From NCBI GenBank assembly GCA_964016885.1, contig OZ024742.1, forward strand, positions 166,780,001 to 166,844,000: a stretch of 64,000 nucleotides of DNA, given 5' to 3'. The translations under genes were made by a program, and so were the position numbers. This document shows positions 10,701 through 24,089 of the stretch, piece by piece. Under the pieces are notes generated by a model. The model was not told where the DNA came from, did not search any database, and was given only the letters and a program-made list of their open reading frames with translations. Each line of letters starts with the position of its first letter. Within the stretch, counting starts at the first letter, position 1. This DNA comes from Eledone cirrhosa (taxonomy: Eukaryota).

Positions 10701-13700
10701 CCAGCCGTCCAAGTAGACATATTTTCCAGCCGTCCAAGGAGAGGTAATTTCTAGCCGTCCAAGGGGAGATAAATTCCAGCCTCCAAGGGGAGATAATTTC
10801 CAGCCAGCCAAGGGGAGATAATTTGTAAAAAAATCAGGGGGAGATAATTTGTAAAAAAAATCAGGGGGAGATAATTTGTAAAAAAAAATCAGGGGGAGAT
10901 AATTTTTAAAAAAAAAATCAGGGGGAGATAATTTGTAAAAAAAAAATCAGGGGGAGATAATTTGTAAAAAAAATCAGGGGGAGATAATTTGTAAAAAAAA
11001 TCAGGGGTAGATAATTTGTAAAAAAAAATCAGGGGGAGATAATTTGTAAAAAAAATCAGGGGGAGATAATTTGTAAAAAAAATCAAGGGGAGATAATTTC
11101 CAGCCGTCCAAGGGAAGATAATTTCAAGCCCTCCAAGGGGCTATAATTTCCAGTGTCCAAGGGGAGATAATTTCCAGCCAGCGAAGGGGAGATAATTTTT
11201 TTTTTAAAATCAGGGGGAGATTTGTAAAAAAAATCAGGGGGAGATAATTTGTAAAAAAAATCAAAGGGAGATAATTTCCAGCCGTCCAAAGAGAGATAAT
11301 TTCTAGCCGTCCAAGGGGAGATAATTTCGAGCCAAGGGGAGATAATTTCCAGCCGTCCAAGGGGAGATAATTTTTTAAAAAATCAGGTGGAGATAATTTG
11401 TAAAAAAAATCAGGGGGAGATAATTTGTAAAAACAAAATCAAGGGCAGATAATTTCCAGCTGTCCAAGGGGAGATAATTTCCAGCCGTGCAAGGGGAGAT
11501 AATTTCCAGCCGTCCAAGGGGAGATAATTTCCATCCTTCCAAGGGGAGATAATTTCCAGCCGTCCAAGGGGAGATAATTTCCCGCCAGCCAAGGGAAGAT
11601 AATTTTTTAAAAAATCAGGCGGAGATTGTAAAAAAAATCAGGGGGAGATAATTTGTAAAAAAATCAGGGGGAGATAATTTGTAAAAAAATCAAGGGGAGA
11701 TTATTTCCAGCTGTCCAAGGGGAGGTAATATCTAGCCGTCCAAGGGGAGATAATTTCCAGCCGTCCAAGGGGAGATAATTTCCAGCCGTCCAAGGGTAGA
11801 TAATATCCAGCCGTCCAAGGAGACATATTTTCCAGCCCTCCAAGGAGAGGTAATTTCTAGCCGTCCAAGTGGAGATAAATTCCAGCCTCCAAGGGGAGAT
11901 AATTTCCAGCCAGCCAAGGGGAGATAATTTGTAAAAAAATCAGGGGGAGATAATTTGTAAAAAAAATCAGGGGGAGATAATTTGTAAAAAAAAATCAGGG
12001 GGAGATAATTTGTAAAAAAAATCAGGGGGAGATAATTTGTAAAAAAAATCAAGGGGAGATAATTTCCAGCCGTCCAAGGGGAGATAATTTTCAGCCGTCC
12101 AAGGGGAGATAATTTCCCGCCAGCCAAGGGAAGATAATATTTAAAAAATGAGGCGGAGATAATTTGTAAAAAAAATCAGGGGGAGATAATTTGTAAAAAA
12201 ATCAGGGGGAGATAATTTGTAAAAAAAAATCAGGGGGAGATAATTTGTAAAAAAAATTAGGGGGAGATAATTTGTAAAAAAAAATCAGGGGTAGATAATT
12301 TGTAAAAAAAAATCAGGGGGAGATAATTTGTAAAAAAAATCAGGGGGAGATAATTTGTAAAAAAAATCAAGGGGAGATAATTTCCAGCCGTCCAAGGAGA
12401 GATAATTTAAAAAAAAAATCAGGCGGAGATAATTTGTAAAAAAAAATCAGGGGGAGATAATTTGTAAAAAAAAATCAGGGGGAGATAATTTGTAAAAAAA
12501 ATCAAGGGGAGATAATTTCCAGCCGTCCAAGGGGAGATAATTTTCAGCCGTCCAAGGGGAGATAATTTCCAGCCGTCCAAGGGGAGATAATTTTTTTTTA
12601 AAAATCAGGCGGAGATAATTTGTAAAAAAAAAATCAGGGGGAGATAATTTGTAAAAAAAAATCAGGGGGAGATAATTTGTAAAAAAAATCAAGGGGAGAT
12701 AATTTGCAACCGTCCAAGGGGACATAATTTTCAGTCGTCCAAGGAGAGGTAATTTCTAGCCGTCCAAGGGGAGATAATTTCCAGCCGTCCAAGGGGAGAT
12801 AATTTCCAGCCGTCCAAGGGGAGATAATTTTTTTTTAAAAATCAGGCGGAGATAATTTGTAAAAAAAAAATCAGGGGGAGATAATTTGTAAAAAAAAATC
12901 AGGGGGAGATAATTTGTAAAAAAAAATCAGGGGGAGATAATTTGTAAAAAAAATCAAGGGGAGATAATTTCCAGCCGTCCAAGGGAAGATAATTTCCAGC
13001 CCTCCAAGGGGCTATAATTTCCAGCGTCCAAGGGGAGATAATTTCCAGCCAGCGAAGGGGAGATAATTGTTTTAAAAAAATCATTGGGAGATTTGTAAAA
13101 AAAATCAGGGGGAGATAATTAATAAAAAAAATCAAGGGGAGATAATTCCAGCCGTCCAAGGGGAGGTAATATCTAGCCGTCCAAGGGGAGATAATTTCCA
13201 GCCGTCCAAGGGGAGATAATTTCCAGCCGTCCAAGGGTAGATAATATCCAGCCGTCCAAGGAGACATATTTTCCAGCCGTCCAAGGAGAGGTAATTTCTA
13301 GCCGTCCAAGGGGAGATAAATTCCAGCCTCCAAGGGGAGATAATTTCCAGCCAGCCAAGGGGAGATAATTTGTAAAAAAATCAGGGGGAGATAATTTGTA
13401 AAAAAAGTCAGGGGTAGATAATTTGTAAAAAAAAATCAGGGGGAGATAATTTGTAAAAAAAAATCAGGGGGAGATAATTTGTAAAAAAAATCAAGGGGAG
13501 ATAATTTCCAGCCGTCCAAGGAGAGATAATTTTAAAAAATCAGGCGGAGATAATTTGTAAAAAAAAATCAGGGGGAGATAATTTGTAAAAAAAAATAAGG
13601 GGGAGATAATTTGTAAAAAAAATCAAGGGGAGATAATTTCCAGCCGTCCAAGGGGAGATAATTTCCAGCCGTCCAAGGGGAGATAAATTTTTTAAAAAAA

Positions 13701-15261
13701 TCAGGCGGAGATAATTTGTAAAAAAAATCAGGGGGAGATAATTTGTAAAAAAAAATCAGGGGGAGATAATTTGTAAAAAAAAATCAGGGGGAGATAATTT
13801 CCAGCCGTCCAAGGTAAGATAATTTCCAGCCCTCCAAGGGGCTATAATTTCCAGCATCCAAGGGGAGATAATTTCCAGCCGTCCAAGGGTAGATAATATC
13901 CAGCCGTCCAAGTAGACATATTTTCCAGCCGTCCAAGGAGAGGTAATTTCTAGCCGTCCAAGGGGAGATAAATTCCAGCCTCCAAGGGGAGATAATTTCC
14001 AGCCAGCCAAGGGGAGATAATTTGTAAAAAAATCAGGGGGAGATAATTTATAAAAAAAATCAGGGGGAGATAATTTGTAAAAAAAAATCAGGGGGAGATA
14101 ATTTGTAAAAAAAAATCAGGGGGAGATAATTTCCAGCCGTCCAAGGGGAGATAATTTTCAGCCGTCCAAGGGTAGATAATATCCAGCCGTCCAAGTAGAC
14201 ATTTTCCAGCCGTCCAAGGAGAGGTAATTTCTAGCCGTCCAAGGGGAGATAAATTCCAGCCTCCAAGGGGAGATAATTTCCAGCCAGCCAAGGGGAGATA
14301 ATTTGTAAAAAAAATCAGGGGGACATAATTTGTAAAAAAAAATCAGGGGGAGATAATTTGTAAAAAAAAAATCAGGGGGAGATAATTTGTAAAAAAAAAT
14401 CAGGGGGAGATAATTTGTAAAAAAAATCAAGGGGAGATAATTTCCAGCCGTCCAAGGGGAGATAATTTTCAGCCGTCCAAGGGGAGATAATTTCCAGACG
14501 TCCAAGGGGAGATAATTTCCATCCTTCCAAGGGGAGATAATTTCCAGCCTTCCAAGGGGAGATAATTTTCAGCCGTCCAAGGGGAGATAATTTCCCGCCA
14601 GCCAAGGGAAGATAATATTTTAAAAAATCAGGCGGAGATAATTTGTAAAAAAAATCAGGGGGAGATAATTTGTAAAAAAATCAGGGGGAGATAATTTGTA
14701 AAAAAAAAATCAGGGGGAGATAATTTGTAAAAAAAATCAGGGGGAGATAATTTGTAAAAAAAAATCTGGGGTAGATAATTTGTAAAAAAAAATCAGGGGG
14801 AGATAATTTGTAAAAAAAAAATCAGGGGGAGATAATTTGTAAAAAAAATCAAGGGGAGATAATTTCCAGCCGTCCAAGGAGAGATAATTTTTAAAAAAAA
14901 TCAGGCGGAGATAATTTGTAAAAAAAAATCAAGGGGAGATAATTTGTAAAAAAAAATCAGGGGGAGATAATTTGTAAAAAAATCAAGGGGAGATAATTTC
15001 CAGCCGTCCAAGGGAAGATAATTTCCAGCACTCCAAGGGGCTATAATTTCCAGTGTCCAAGGGGAGATAATTTCCAGCCAGCGAAGGGGAGATAATTTTT
15101 TTAAAAAAATCAGGGGGAGATATGTAAAAAAAATCAGAGGGAGATAATTTCTAAAAAAAATCAAAGGGAGATAATTTCCAGCCGTCCAAAGAGAGATAAT
15201 TTCTAGCCGTCCAAGGGGAGATAATTTCCAGCCAAGGGGAGATAATTTCCAGCCGTCCAAG

Positions 15262-18200
15262 GGGAGATAATTATTTAAAAAATCAGGTGGAGATAATTTC
15301 CCGCCAGCCAAGGGAAGATAATTTTTAAAAAAATCAGGCGGAGATTGTAAAAAAAATCAGGGGGAGATAATTTGTAAAAAAATCAGGGGGAGATAATTTG
15401 TAAAAAAAAAATCAGGGGAGATAATTTGTAAAAAAAAATCAGGGGGAGATAATTTGTAAAAAAAAAATCAGGGGGAGATAATTTGTAAAAAAAATCAGGG
15501 GTAGATAATTTGTAAAAAAAAATCAGGAGGAGATAATTTGTAAAAAAAAATCAGTGGGAGATAATTTGTAAAAAAATCAAGGGGAGATAATATGCAGCCG
15601 TCCAAGGGGAGATAATTTTCAGCCGTCCAAGGAGAGTTAATTTCTAGCCGTCCAAGGGGAGATAATTTCCAGCCGTCCAAGGGGAGATAATTTCCAGCCG
15701 TCCAAGGGGAGATAGTTTTTTTAAAAAAATCAGGCGGAGATAATTTGTAAAAAAAAAATCAGGGGGAGATAATTTGTAAAAAAAAATCAGGGGGAGATAA
15801 TTTGTAAAAAAAAATCAAGGGGAGATAATTTGTAAAAAAAATCAGGGGGAGATAATTAGTAAAAAAATCAAGGGGAGATAATTTCCAGCCGTCCAAGGGG
15901 AGGTAATATCTAGCCGTCCAAGGGGAGATAATTTCCAGCCGTCCAAGGGGAGATAATTTCCAGCCGTCCAAGGGTAGATAATATCCAGCCGTCCAAGTAG
16001 ACATATTTTCCAGCCGTCCAAGGAGAGGTAATTTCTAGCCGTCCAAGGGGAGATAAATTCCAGCCTCCAAGGGGAGATAATTTCCAGCAAGCCAAGGGGA
16101 GATAATTTGTAAAAAAATCAGGGGGAGATAATTTGTAAAAAAAATCAGGGGGAGATAATTTGTAAAAAAAAATCAGGGGGAGATAATTTGTAAAAAAAAT
16201 CAGGGGGAGATAATTTGTAAAAAAAAATCAGGGGGAGATAATTTGTAAAAAAAATATCAGGGGGAGATAATTTGTAAAAAAAAATCAGGGGGAGATAATT
16301 TGTAAAAAAAATCAAGGGGAGATAATTTCCAGCCGTCCAAGGGGAGATAATTTCCAGCCGTCCAAGGGGAGGTAATATCTAGCCGTCCAAGGGGAGATAA
16401 TTTCCAGCCGTCCAAGAGGAGATAATTTCCAGCCGTCCAAGGGAAGATAATTTCAAGCCCTCCAAGGGGCTATAATTTCCAGTGTCCAAGGGGAGATAAT
16501 TTCCAGCCAGCGAAGGGGAGATAATTTTTTTTTAAAAATCAGGGGGAGATTTGTAAAAAAAATCAGGGGGAGATAATTTGTAAAAAAAATCAAGGGGAGA
16601 TAATTTCCAGCCGTCGAAGGGAAGATAATTTCAAGCCCTCCAAGGGGCTATAATTTCCAGTGTCCAAGGGGAGATAATTTCCAGCCAGCGAAGGGGAGAT
16701 AATTTTTTTTTAAAAATCAGGGGGAGATTTGTAAAAAAATCAGGGGGAGATAATTTGTAAAAAAATCAAGGGGAGATAATTTCCAGCTGTCCAAGGGGAG
16801 GTAATATCTAGCCGTCCAAGGGGAGATAATTTCCAGCCGTCCAAGGGGAGATAATTTCCAGCCGTCCAAGGGTAGATAATATCCAGCCGTCCAAGGAGAC
16901 ATATTTTCCAGCCCTCCAAGGAGAGGTAATTTCTAGCCGTCCAAGTGGAGATAAATTCCAGCCTCCAAGGGGAGATAATTTCCAGCCAGCCAAGGGGAGA
17001 TAATTTGTAAAAAAATCAGGGGGAGATAATTTGTAAAAAAAATCAGGGGGAAATAATTTGTAAAAAAAAATCAGGGGGAGATAATTTGTAAAAAAAATCA
17101 GGGGGAGATAATTTGTAAAAAAAATCAAGGGGAGATAATTTCCAGCCGTCCAAGGGGAGATAATTTTCAGCCGTCCAAGGGGAGATAATTTCCCGCCAGC
17201 CAAGGGAAGATAATATTTAAAAAATGAGGCGGAGATAATTTGTAAAAAAAATCAGGGGGAGATAATTTGTAAAAAAATCAGGGGGAGATAATTTGTAAAA
17301 AAAAATCAGGGGGAGATAATTTGTAAAAAAAATTAGGGGGAGATAATTTGTAAAAAAAAATCAGGGGTAGATAATTTGTAAAAAAAAATCAGGGGGAGAT
17401 AATTTGTAAAAAAAATCAGGGGGAGATAATTTGTAAAAAAAATCAAGGGGAGATAATTTCCAGCCGTCCAAGGAGAGATAATTTAAAAAAAAAATCAGGC
17501 GGAGATAATTTGTAAAAAAAAATCAGGGGGAGATAATTTGTAAAAAAAAATCAGGGGGAGATAATTTGTAAAAAAAATCAAGGGGAGATAATTTCCAGCC
17601 GTCCAAGGGGAGATAATTTTCAGCCGTCCAAGGTGAGATAATTTCCCGCCGTCCAAGGGGAGATAATTTAAAAAAAAAATCAGGCGGAGATAATTTGTAA
17701 AAAAAATCAAGGGGAGATAATTTGTAACCGTCCAAGGGGACATAATTTTCAGTCGTCCAAGGAGAGGTAATTTCTAGCCGTCCAAGGGGAGATAATTTCC
17801 AGCCGTCCAAGGGGAGATAATTTCCAGCCGTCCAAGGGGAGATAATTTTTTTTTAAAAATCAGGCGGAGATAATTTGTAAAAAAAAAATCAGGGGGAGAT
17901 AATTTGTAAAAAAAAATCAGGGGGAGATAATTTGTAAAAAAAAATCAGGGGGAGATAATTTGTAAAAAAAATCAAGGGGAGATAATTTCCAGCCGTCCAA
18001 GGGAAGATAATTTCCAGCCCTCCAAGGGGCTATAATTTCCAGCGTCCAAGGGGAGATAATTTCCAGCCAGCGAAGGGGAGATAATTGTTTTAAAAAAATC
18101 ATTGGGAGATTTGTAAAAAAAATCAGGGGGAGATAATTAATAAAAAAAATCAAGGGGAGATAATTCCAGCCGTCCAAGGGGAGGTAATATCTAGCCGTCC

Positions 18201-21200
18201 AAGGGGAGATAATTTCCAGCCGTCCAAGGGGAGATAATTTCCAGCCGTCCAAGGGTAGATAATATCCAGCCGTCCAAGGAGACATATTTTCCAGCCGTCC
18301 AAGGAGAGGTAATTTCTAGCCGTCCAAGGGGAGATAAATTCCAGCCTCCAAGGGGAGATAATTTCCAGCCAGCCAAGGGGAGATAATTTGTAAAAAAATC
18401 AGGGGGAGATAATTTGTAAAAAAAGTCAGGGGTAGATAATTTGTAAAAAAAAATCAGGGGGAGATAATTTGTAAAAAAAAATCAGGGGGAGATAATTTGT
18501 AAAAAAAATCAAGGGGAGATAATTTCCAGCCGTCCAAGGAGAGATAATTTTTAAAAAAAAATCAGGCGGAGATAATTTGTAAAAAAAAATCAGGGGGAGA
18601 TAATTTGTAAAAAAAAATAAGGGGGAGATAATTTGTAAAAGAAATCAAGGGGAGATAATTTCCAGCCGTCCAAGGGGAGATAATTTCCAGCCGTCCAAGG
18701 GGAGATAAATTTTTTAAAAAAATCAGGCGGAGATAATTTGTAAAAAAAATCAGGGGGAGATAATTTGTAAAAAAAAATCAGGGGGAGATAATTTGTAAAA
18801 AAAAATCAGGGGGAGATAATTTCCAGCCGTCCAAGGTAAGATAATTTCCAGCCCTCCAAGGGGCTATAATTTCCAGCATCCAAGGGGAGATAATTTCCAG
18901 CCGTCCAAGGGTAGATAATATCCAGCCGTCCAAGTAGACATATTTTCCAGCCGTCCAAGGAGAGGTAATTTCTAGCCGTCCAAGGGGAGATAAATTCCAG
19001 CCTCCAAGGGGAGATAATTTCCAGCCAGCCAAGGGGAGATAATTTGTAAAAAAATCAGGGGGAGATAATTTGTAAAAAAAATCAGGGAGATAATTTGTAA
19101 AAAAAAATCAGGGGGAGATAATTTGTAAAAAAAAATCAGGGGGAGATAATTTCCAGCCGTCCAAGGGGAGATAATTTTCAGCCGTCCAAGGGTAGATAAT
19201 ATCCAGCCGTCCAAGTAGACATTTTCCAGCCGTCCAAGGAGAGGTAATTTCTAGCCGTCCAAGGGGAGATAAATTCCAGCCTCCAAGGGGAGATAATTTC
19301 CAGCCAGCCAAGGGGAGATAATTTGTAAAAAAATCAGGGGGAGATAATTTGTAAAAAAAATCAGGGGGAGATAATTTGTAAAAAAAAATCAGGGGGAGAT
19401 AATTTTTAAAAAAAAAATCAGGGGGAGATAATTTGTAAAAAAAAATCAGGGGGAGATAATTTGTAAAAAAAATCAAGGGGAGATAATTTCCAGCCGTCCA
19501 AGGGGAGATAATTTTCAGCCGTCCAAGGGGAGATAATTTCCAGACGTCCAAGGGGAGATAATTATTTAAAAAATCAGGTGGAGATAATTTCCCGCCAGCC
19601 AAGGGAAGATAATTTTTAAAAAAATCAGGCGGAGATTGTAAAAAAAATCAGGGGGAGATAATTTGTAAAAAAATCAGGGGGAGATAATTTGTAAAAAAAA
19701 AATCAGGGGAGATAATTTGTAAAAAAAAATCAGGGGGAGATAATTTGTAAAAAAAAAATCAGGGGGAGATAATTTGTAAAAAAAATCAGGGGTAGATAAT
19801 TTGTAAAAAAAAATCAGGAGGAGATAATTTGTAAAAAAAAATCAGTGGGAGATAATTTGTAAAAAAATCAAGGGGAGATAATATGCAGCCGTCCAAGGGG
19901 AGATAATTTTCAGCCGTCCAAGGAGAGTTAATTTCTAGCCGTCCAAGGGGAGATAATTTCCAGCCGTCCAAGGGGAGATAATTTCCAGCCGTCCAAGGGG
20001 AGATAGTTTTTTTAAAAAAATCAGGCGGAGATAATTTGTAAAAAAAAAATCAGGGGGAGATAATTTGTAAAAAAAAATCAGGGGGAGATAATTTGTAAAA
20101 AAAAATCAAGGGGAGATAATTTGTAAAAAAAATCAGGGGGAGATAATTAGTAAAAAAATCAAGGGGAGATAATTTCCAGCCGTCCAAGGGGAGGTAATAT
20201 CTAGCCGTCCAAGGGGAGATAATTTCCAGCCGTCCAAGGGGAGATAATTTCCAGCCGTCCAAGGGTAGATAATATCCAGCCGTCCAAGTAGACATATTTT
20301 CCAGCCGTCCAAGGAGAGGTAATTTCTAGCCGTCCAAGGGGAGATAAATTCCAGCCTCCAAGGGGAGATAATTTCCAGCAAGCCAAGGGGAGATAATTTG
20401 TAAAAAAATCAGGGGGAGATAATTTGTAAAAAAAATCAGGGGGAGATAATTTGTAAAAAAAAATCAGGGGGAGATAATTTGTAAAAAAAATCAGGGGGAG
20501 ATAATTTGTAAAAAAAAATCAGGGGGAGATAATTTGTAAAAAAAAATCAGGGGGAGATAATTTGTAAAAAAAAATCAGGGGGAGATAATTTGTAAAAAAA
20601 ATCAAGGGGAGATAATTTCCAGCCGTCCAAGGGGAGATAATTTCCAGCCGTCCAAGGGGAGGTAATATCTAGCCGTCCAAGGGGAGATAATTTCCAGCCG
20701 TCCAAGAGGAGATAATTTCCAGCCGTCCAAGGGAAGATAATTTCAAGCCCTCCAAGGGGCTATAATTTCCAGTGTCCAAGGGGAGATAATTTCCAGCCAG
20801 CGAAGGGGAGATAATTTTTTTTTAAAAATCAGGGGGAGATTTGTAAAAAAAATCAGGGGGAGATAATTTGTAAAAAAAATCAAGGGGAGATAATTTCCAG
20901 CCGTCGAAGGGAAGATAATTTCAAGCCCTCCAAGGGGCTATAATTTCCAGTGTCCAAGGGGAGATAATTTCCAGCCAGCGAAGGGGAGATAATTTTTTTT
21001 TAAAAATCAGGGGGAGATTTGTAAAAAAATCAGGGGGAGATAATTTGTAAAAAAATCAAGGGGAGATAATTTCCAGCTGTCCAAGGGGAGGTAATATCTA
21101 GCCGTCCAAGGGGAGATAATTTCCAGCCGTCCAAGGGGAGATAATTTCCAGCCGTCCAAGGGTAGATAATATCCAGCCGTCCAAGGAGACATATTTTCCA

Positions 21201-23812
21201 GCCCTCCAAGGAGAGGTAATTTCTAGCCGTCCAAGTGGAGATAAATTCCAGCCTCCAAGGGGAGATAATTTCCAGCCAGCCAAGGGGAGATAATTTGTAA
21301 AAAAATCAGGGGGAGATAATTTGTAAAAAAAATCAGGGGGAAATAATTTGTAAAAAAAAATCAGGGGGAGATAATTTGTAAAAAAAATCAGGGGGAGATA
21401 ATTTGTAAAAAAAATCAAGGGGAGATAATTTCCAGCCGTCCAAGGGGAGATAATTTTCAGCCGTCCAAGGGGAGATAATTTCCCGCCAGCCAAGGGAAGA
21501 TAATATTTAAAAAATGAGGCGGAGATAATTTGTAAAAAAAATCAGGGGGAGATAATTTGTAAAAAAATCAGGGGGAGATAATTTGTAAAAAAAAATCAGG
21601 GGGAGATAATTTGTAAAAAAAATTAGGGGGAGATAATTTGTAAAAAAAAATCAGGGGTAGATAATTTGTAAAAAAAAATCAGGGGGAGATAATTTGTAAA
21701 AAAAATCAGGGGGAGATAATTTGTAAAAAAAATCAAGGGGAGATAATTTCCAGCCGTCCAAGGAGAGATAATTTAAAAAAAAAATCAGGCGGAGATAATT
21801 TGTAAAAAAAAATCAGGGGGAGATAATTTGTAAAAAAAAATCAGGGGGAGATAATTTGTAAAAAAAATCAAGGGGAGATAATTTCCAGCCGTCCAAGGGG
21901 AGATAATTTTCAGCCGTCCAAGGTGAGATAATTTCCCGCCGTCCAAGGGGAGATAATTTAAAAAAAAAATCAGGCGGAGATAATTTGTAAAAAAAATCAA
22001 GGGGAGATAATTTGCAACCGTCCAAGGGGACATAATTTTCAGTCGTCCAAGGAGAGGTAATTTCTAGCCGTCCAAGGGGAGATAATTTCCAGCCGTCCAA
22101 GGGGAGATAATTTCCAGCCGTCCAAGGGGAGATAATTTTTTTTTAAAAATCAGGCGGAGATAATTTGTAAAAAAAAAATCAGGGGGAGATAATTTGTAAA
22201 AAAAAATCAGGGGGAGATAATTTGTAAAAAAAAATCAGGGGGAGATAATTTGTAAAAAAAATCAAGGGGAGATAATTTCCAGCCGTCCAAGGGAAGATAA
22301 TTTCCAGCCCTCCAAGGGGCTATAATTTCCAGCGTCCAAGGGGAGATAATTTCCAGCCAGCGAAGGGGAGATAATTGTTTTAAAAAAATCATTGGGAGAT
22401 TTGTAAAAAAAATCAGGGGGAGATAATTAATAAAAAAAATCAAGGGGAGATAATTCCAGCCGTCCAAGGGGAGGTAATATCTAGCCGTCCAAGGGGAGAT
22501 AATTTCCAGCCGTCCAAGGGGAGATAATTTCCAGCCGTCCAAGGGTAGATAATATCCAGCCGTCCAAGGAGACATATTTTCCAGCCGTCCAAGGAGAGGT
22601 AATTTCTAGCCGTCCAAGGGGAGATAAATTCCAGCCTCCAAGGGGAGATAATTTCCAGCCAGCCAAGGGGAGATAATTTGTAAAAAAATCAGGGGGAGAT
22701 AATTTGTAAAAAAAGTCAGGGGTAGATAATTTGTAAAAAAAAATCAGGGGGAGATAATTTGTAAAAAAAAATCAGGGGGAGATAATTTGTAAAAAAAATC
22801 AAGGGGAGATAATTTCCAGCCGTCCAAGGAGAGATAATTTGTAAAAAAAAATCAGGGGGAGATAATTTGTAAAAAAAAATAAGGGGGAGATAATTTGTAA
22901 AAGAAATCAAGGGGAGATAATTTCCAGCCGTCCAAGGGGAGATAATTTCCAGCCGTCCAAGGGGAGATAAATTTTTTAAAAAAATCAGGCGGAGATAATT
23001 TGTAAAAAAAATCAGGGGGAGATAATTTGTAAAAAAAAATCAGGGGGAGATAATTTGTAAAAAAAAATCAGGGGGAGATAATTTCCAGCCGTCCAAGGTA
23101 AGATAATTTCCAGCCCTCCAAGGGGCTATAATTTCCAGCATCCAAGGGGAGATAATTTCCAGCCGTCCAAGGGTAGATAATATCCAGCCGTCCAAGTAGA
23201 CATATTTTCCAGCCGTCCAAGGAGAGGTAATTTCTAGCCGTCCAAGGGGAGATAAATTCCAGCCTCCAAGGGGAGATAATTTCCAGCCAGCCAAGGGGAG
23301 ATAATTTGTAAAAAAATCAGGGGGAGATAATTTGTAAAAAAAATCAGGGAGATAATTTGTAAAAAAAAATCAGGGGGAGATAATTTGTAAAAAAAAATCA
23401 GGGGGAGATAATTTCCAGCCGTCCAAGGGGAGATAATTTTCAGCCGTCCAAGGGTAGATAATATCCAGCCGTCCAAGTAGACATTTTCCAGCCGTCCAAG
23501 GAGAGGTAATTTCTAGCCGTCCAAGGGGAGATAAATTCCAGCCTCCAAGGGGAGATAATTTCCAGCCAGCCAAGGGGAGATAATTTGTAAAAAAATCAGG
23601 GGGAGATAATTTGTAAAAAAAATCAGGGGGAGATAATTTGTAAAAAAAAATCAGGGGGAGATAATTTTTAAAAAAAAAATCAGGGGGAGATAATTTGTAA
23701 AAAAAAATCAGGGGGAGATAATTTGTAAAAAAAATCAAGGGGAGATAATTTCCAGCCGTCCAAGGGGAGATAATTTTCAGCCGTCCAAGGGGAGATAATT
23801 TCCAGACGTCCA
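15262..23812 (+). repeat. Tandem duplication of a ~4.29 kb unit (about 15262-19551 and 19552-23812)
   Basis: Offsets are 4291 (15495/19786, 15759/20050), 4290 (16717/21007, 17917/22207) and 4262 (18778/23040, after loss of one monomer). Shared private variants: GGGGGAAATAA at 17046/21336, GGTGAGATAATTTCCCGCCGTCC at 17632/21922, and the AGGTGGAGATAATTTCCCGCC junction at ~15285/19576. Confidence 0.9.
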
Positions 23813-24089
23813 AGGGGAGATAATTTCCATCCTTCCAAGGGGAGATAATTTCCAGCCTTCCAAGGGGAGATAATTTTCAGCCGTCCAAGGGGAGATAATT
23901 TCCCGCCAGCCAAGGGAAGATAATATTTTAAAAAATCAGGCGGAGATAATTTGTAAAAAAAATCAGGGGGAGATAATTTGTAAAAAAATCAGGGGGAGAT
24001 AATTTGTAAAAAAAAAATCAGGGGGAGATAATTTGTAAAAAAAATCAGGGGTAGATAATTTGTAAAAAAAAATCAGGGGTAGATAATTT

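Larger units (their letters stand above)
3700..16620 (+). repeat. Older ~7.1-7.2 kb higher-order repeat (about 3.7-10.9 kb, partly repeated at about 10.9-16.6 kb)
   Basis: Matching ORF-track strings used as markers: 3965/11124, 4251/11410 and 4573/11732 (offset 7159), 5656/12899 (7243), 7659/14901 (7242), 8697/15759 (7062). Boundaries are approximate. Confidence 0.75.
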
